IMG/VR virus record: IMGVR_UViG_3300045996_000464
Location: 7,289 to 71,288 of that record
DNA length: 64,000 nucleotides
Strand: one strand, 5' to 3'
DNA from: a virus
Shown: piece after piece, positions 63,738 to 64,000 of the stretch
How the letters are laid out: each line of letters begins with the position of its first letter
Numbering within the stretch: the stretch's first letter is position 1
The notes under the pieces: model-generated
Told to the model about the DNA's origin: nothing
The model's database searches: none
What the model saw: the letters and a program-made list of their open reading frames with translations, nothing else
Program-made: the position numbers and the translations under genes

Positions 63738-64000
63738 TTGACGACACCGAGGTATAACGACCACGATGGAATGACTCTAACCGAAGCTGCGTTAGAGCTA
63801 CAAGGAACAGGACTGACTCGCAATGCACTCAAGAAGCGTTGCGACCGCAACACCATCGAGTACTTCTTAGACTCTGATGGCGCAAGGCGAATTCCCCATA
63901 CGGTCATTGCCAGGATGGGTGAGCGTAGGCTAGACGATCTGCCGTACAACCCCTACGATTACCACCCGAAGTTCGACGTTCCGGTGGCAGAAATCTGGGG
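63738..64000 (+). CDS. partial HTH (excisionase/MerR-like) protein
   Basis: Hand-translated MTLTEAALEL...RNALKKRC...GARRIP; open at the window end; start uncertain. Confidence 0.5.
   Translation, partial: MTTPRYNDHDGMTLTEAALELQGTGLTRNALKKRCDRNTIEYFLDSDGARRIPHTVIARMGERRLDDLPYNPYDYHPKFDVPVAEIW

Overview
This window is part of a large lytic myovirus genome. The host is probably actinobacterial, judged from leaderless genes behind sigma-70-type promoters, a sortase and a short-variable-loop tRNA-Leu(UAA). Gene order: baseplate and tail module (1-13.4 kb); SNF2 helicase; a minus-strand block of small genes; holin; a ~14.6 kb RNA cluster (20.4-35.1 kb); a sortase with a putative secreted substrate; a replication and recombination module (NrdJ, DnaC-like, DnaB-like, primase, SSB, RNase H, DnaE, RecA, resolvases, Cas4-like nuclease); then terminase and portal. 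The RNA cluster is the most unusual part. It holds about 45 roughly canonical tRNAs covering all 20 amino acids, a tmRNA and a phage-encoded RNase P RNA. It also holds several rearranged tRNA-like genes: a circularly permuted tRNA(CAU) split in the variable region, a tRNA-Ile(GAU) whose D-loop appears relocated 3' of the anticodon arm, a YrlA-like T-arm-first RNA, and a tRNA body with a long insert in place of the anticodon loop. Many inter-tRNA spacers fold as closed multibranch RNAs, and several share a GGAACG...CGAAAA motif. All RNA structures were folded by eye and protein calls rest on motifs and synteny; no searches were run.
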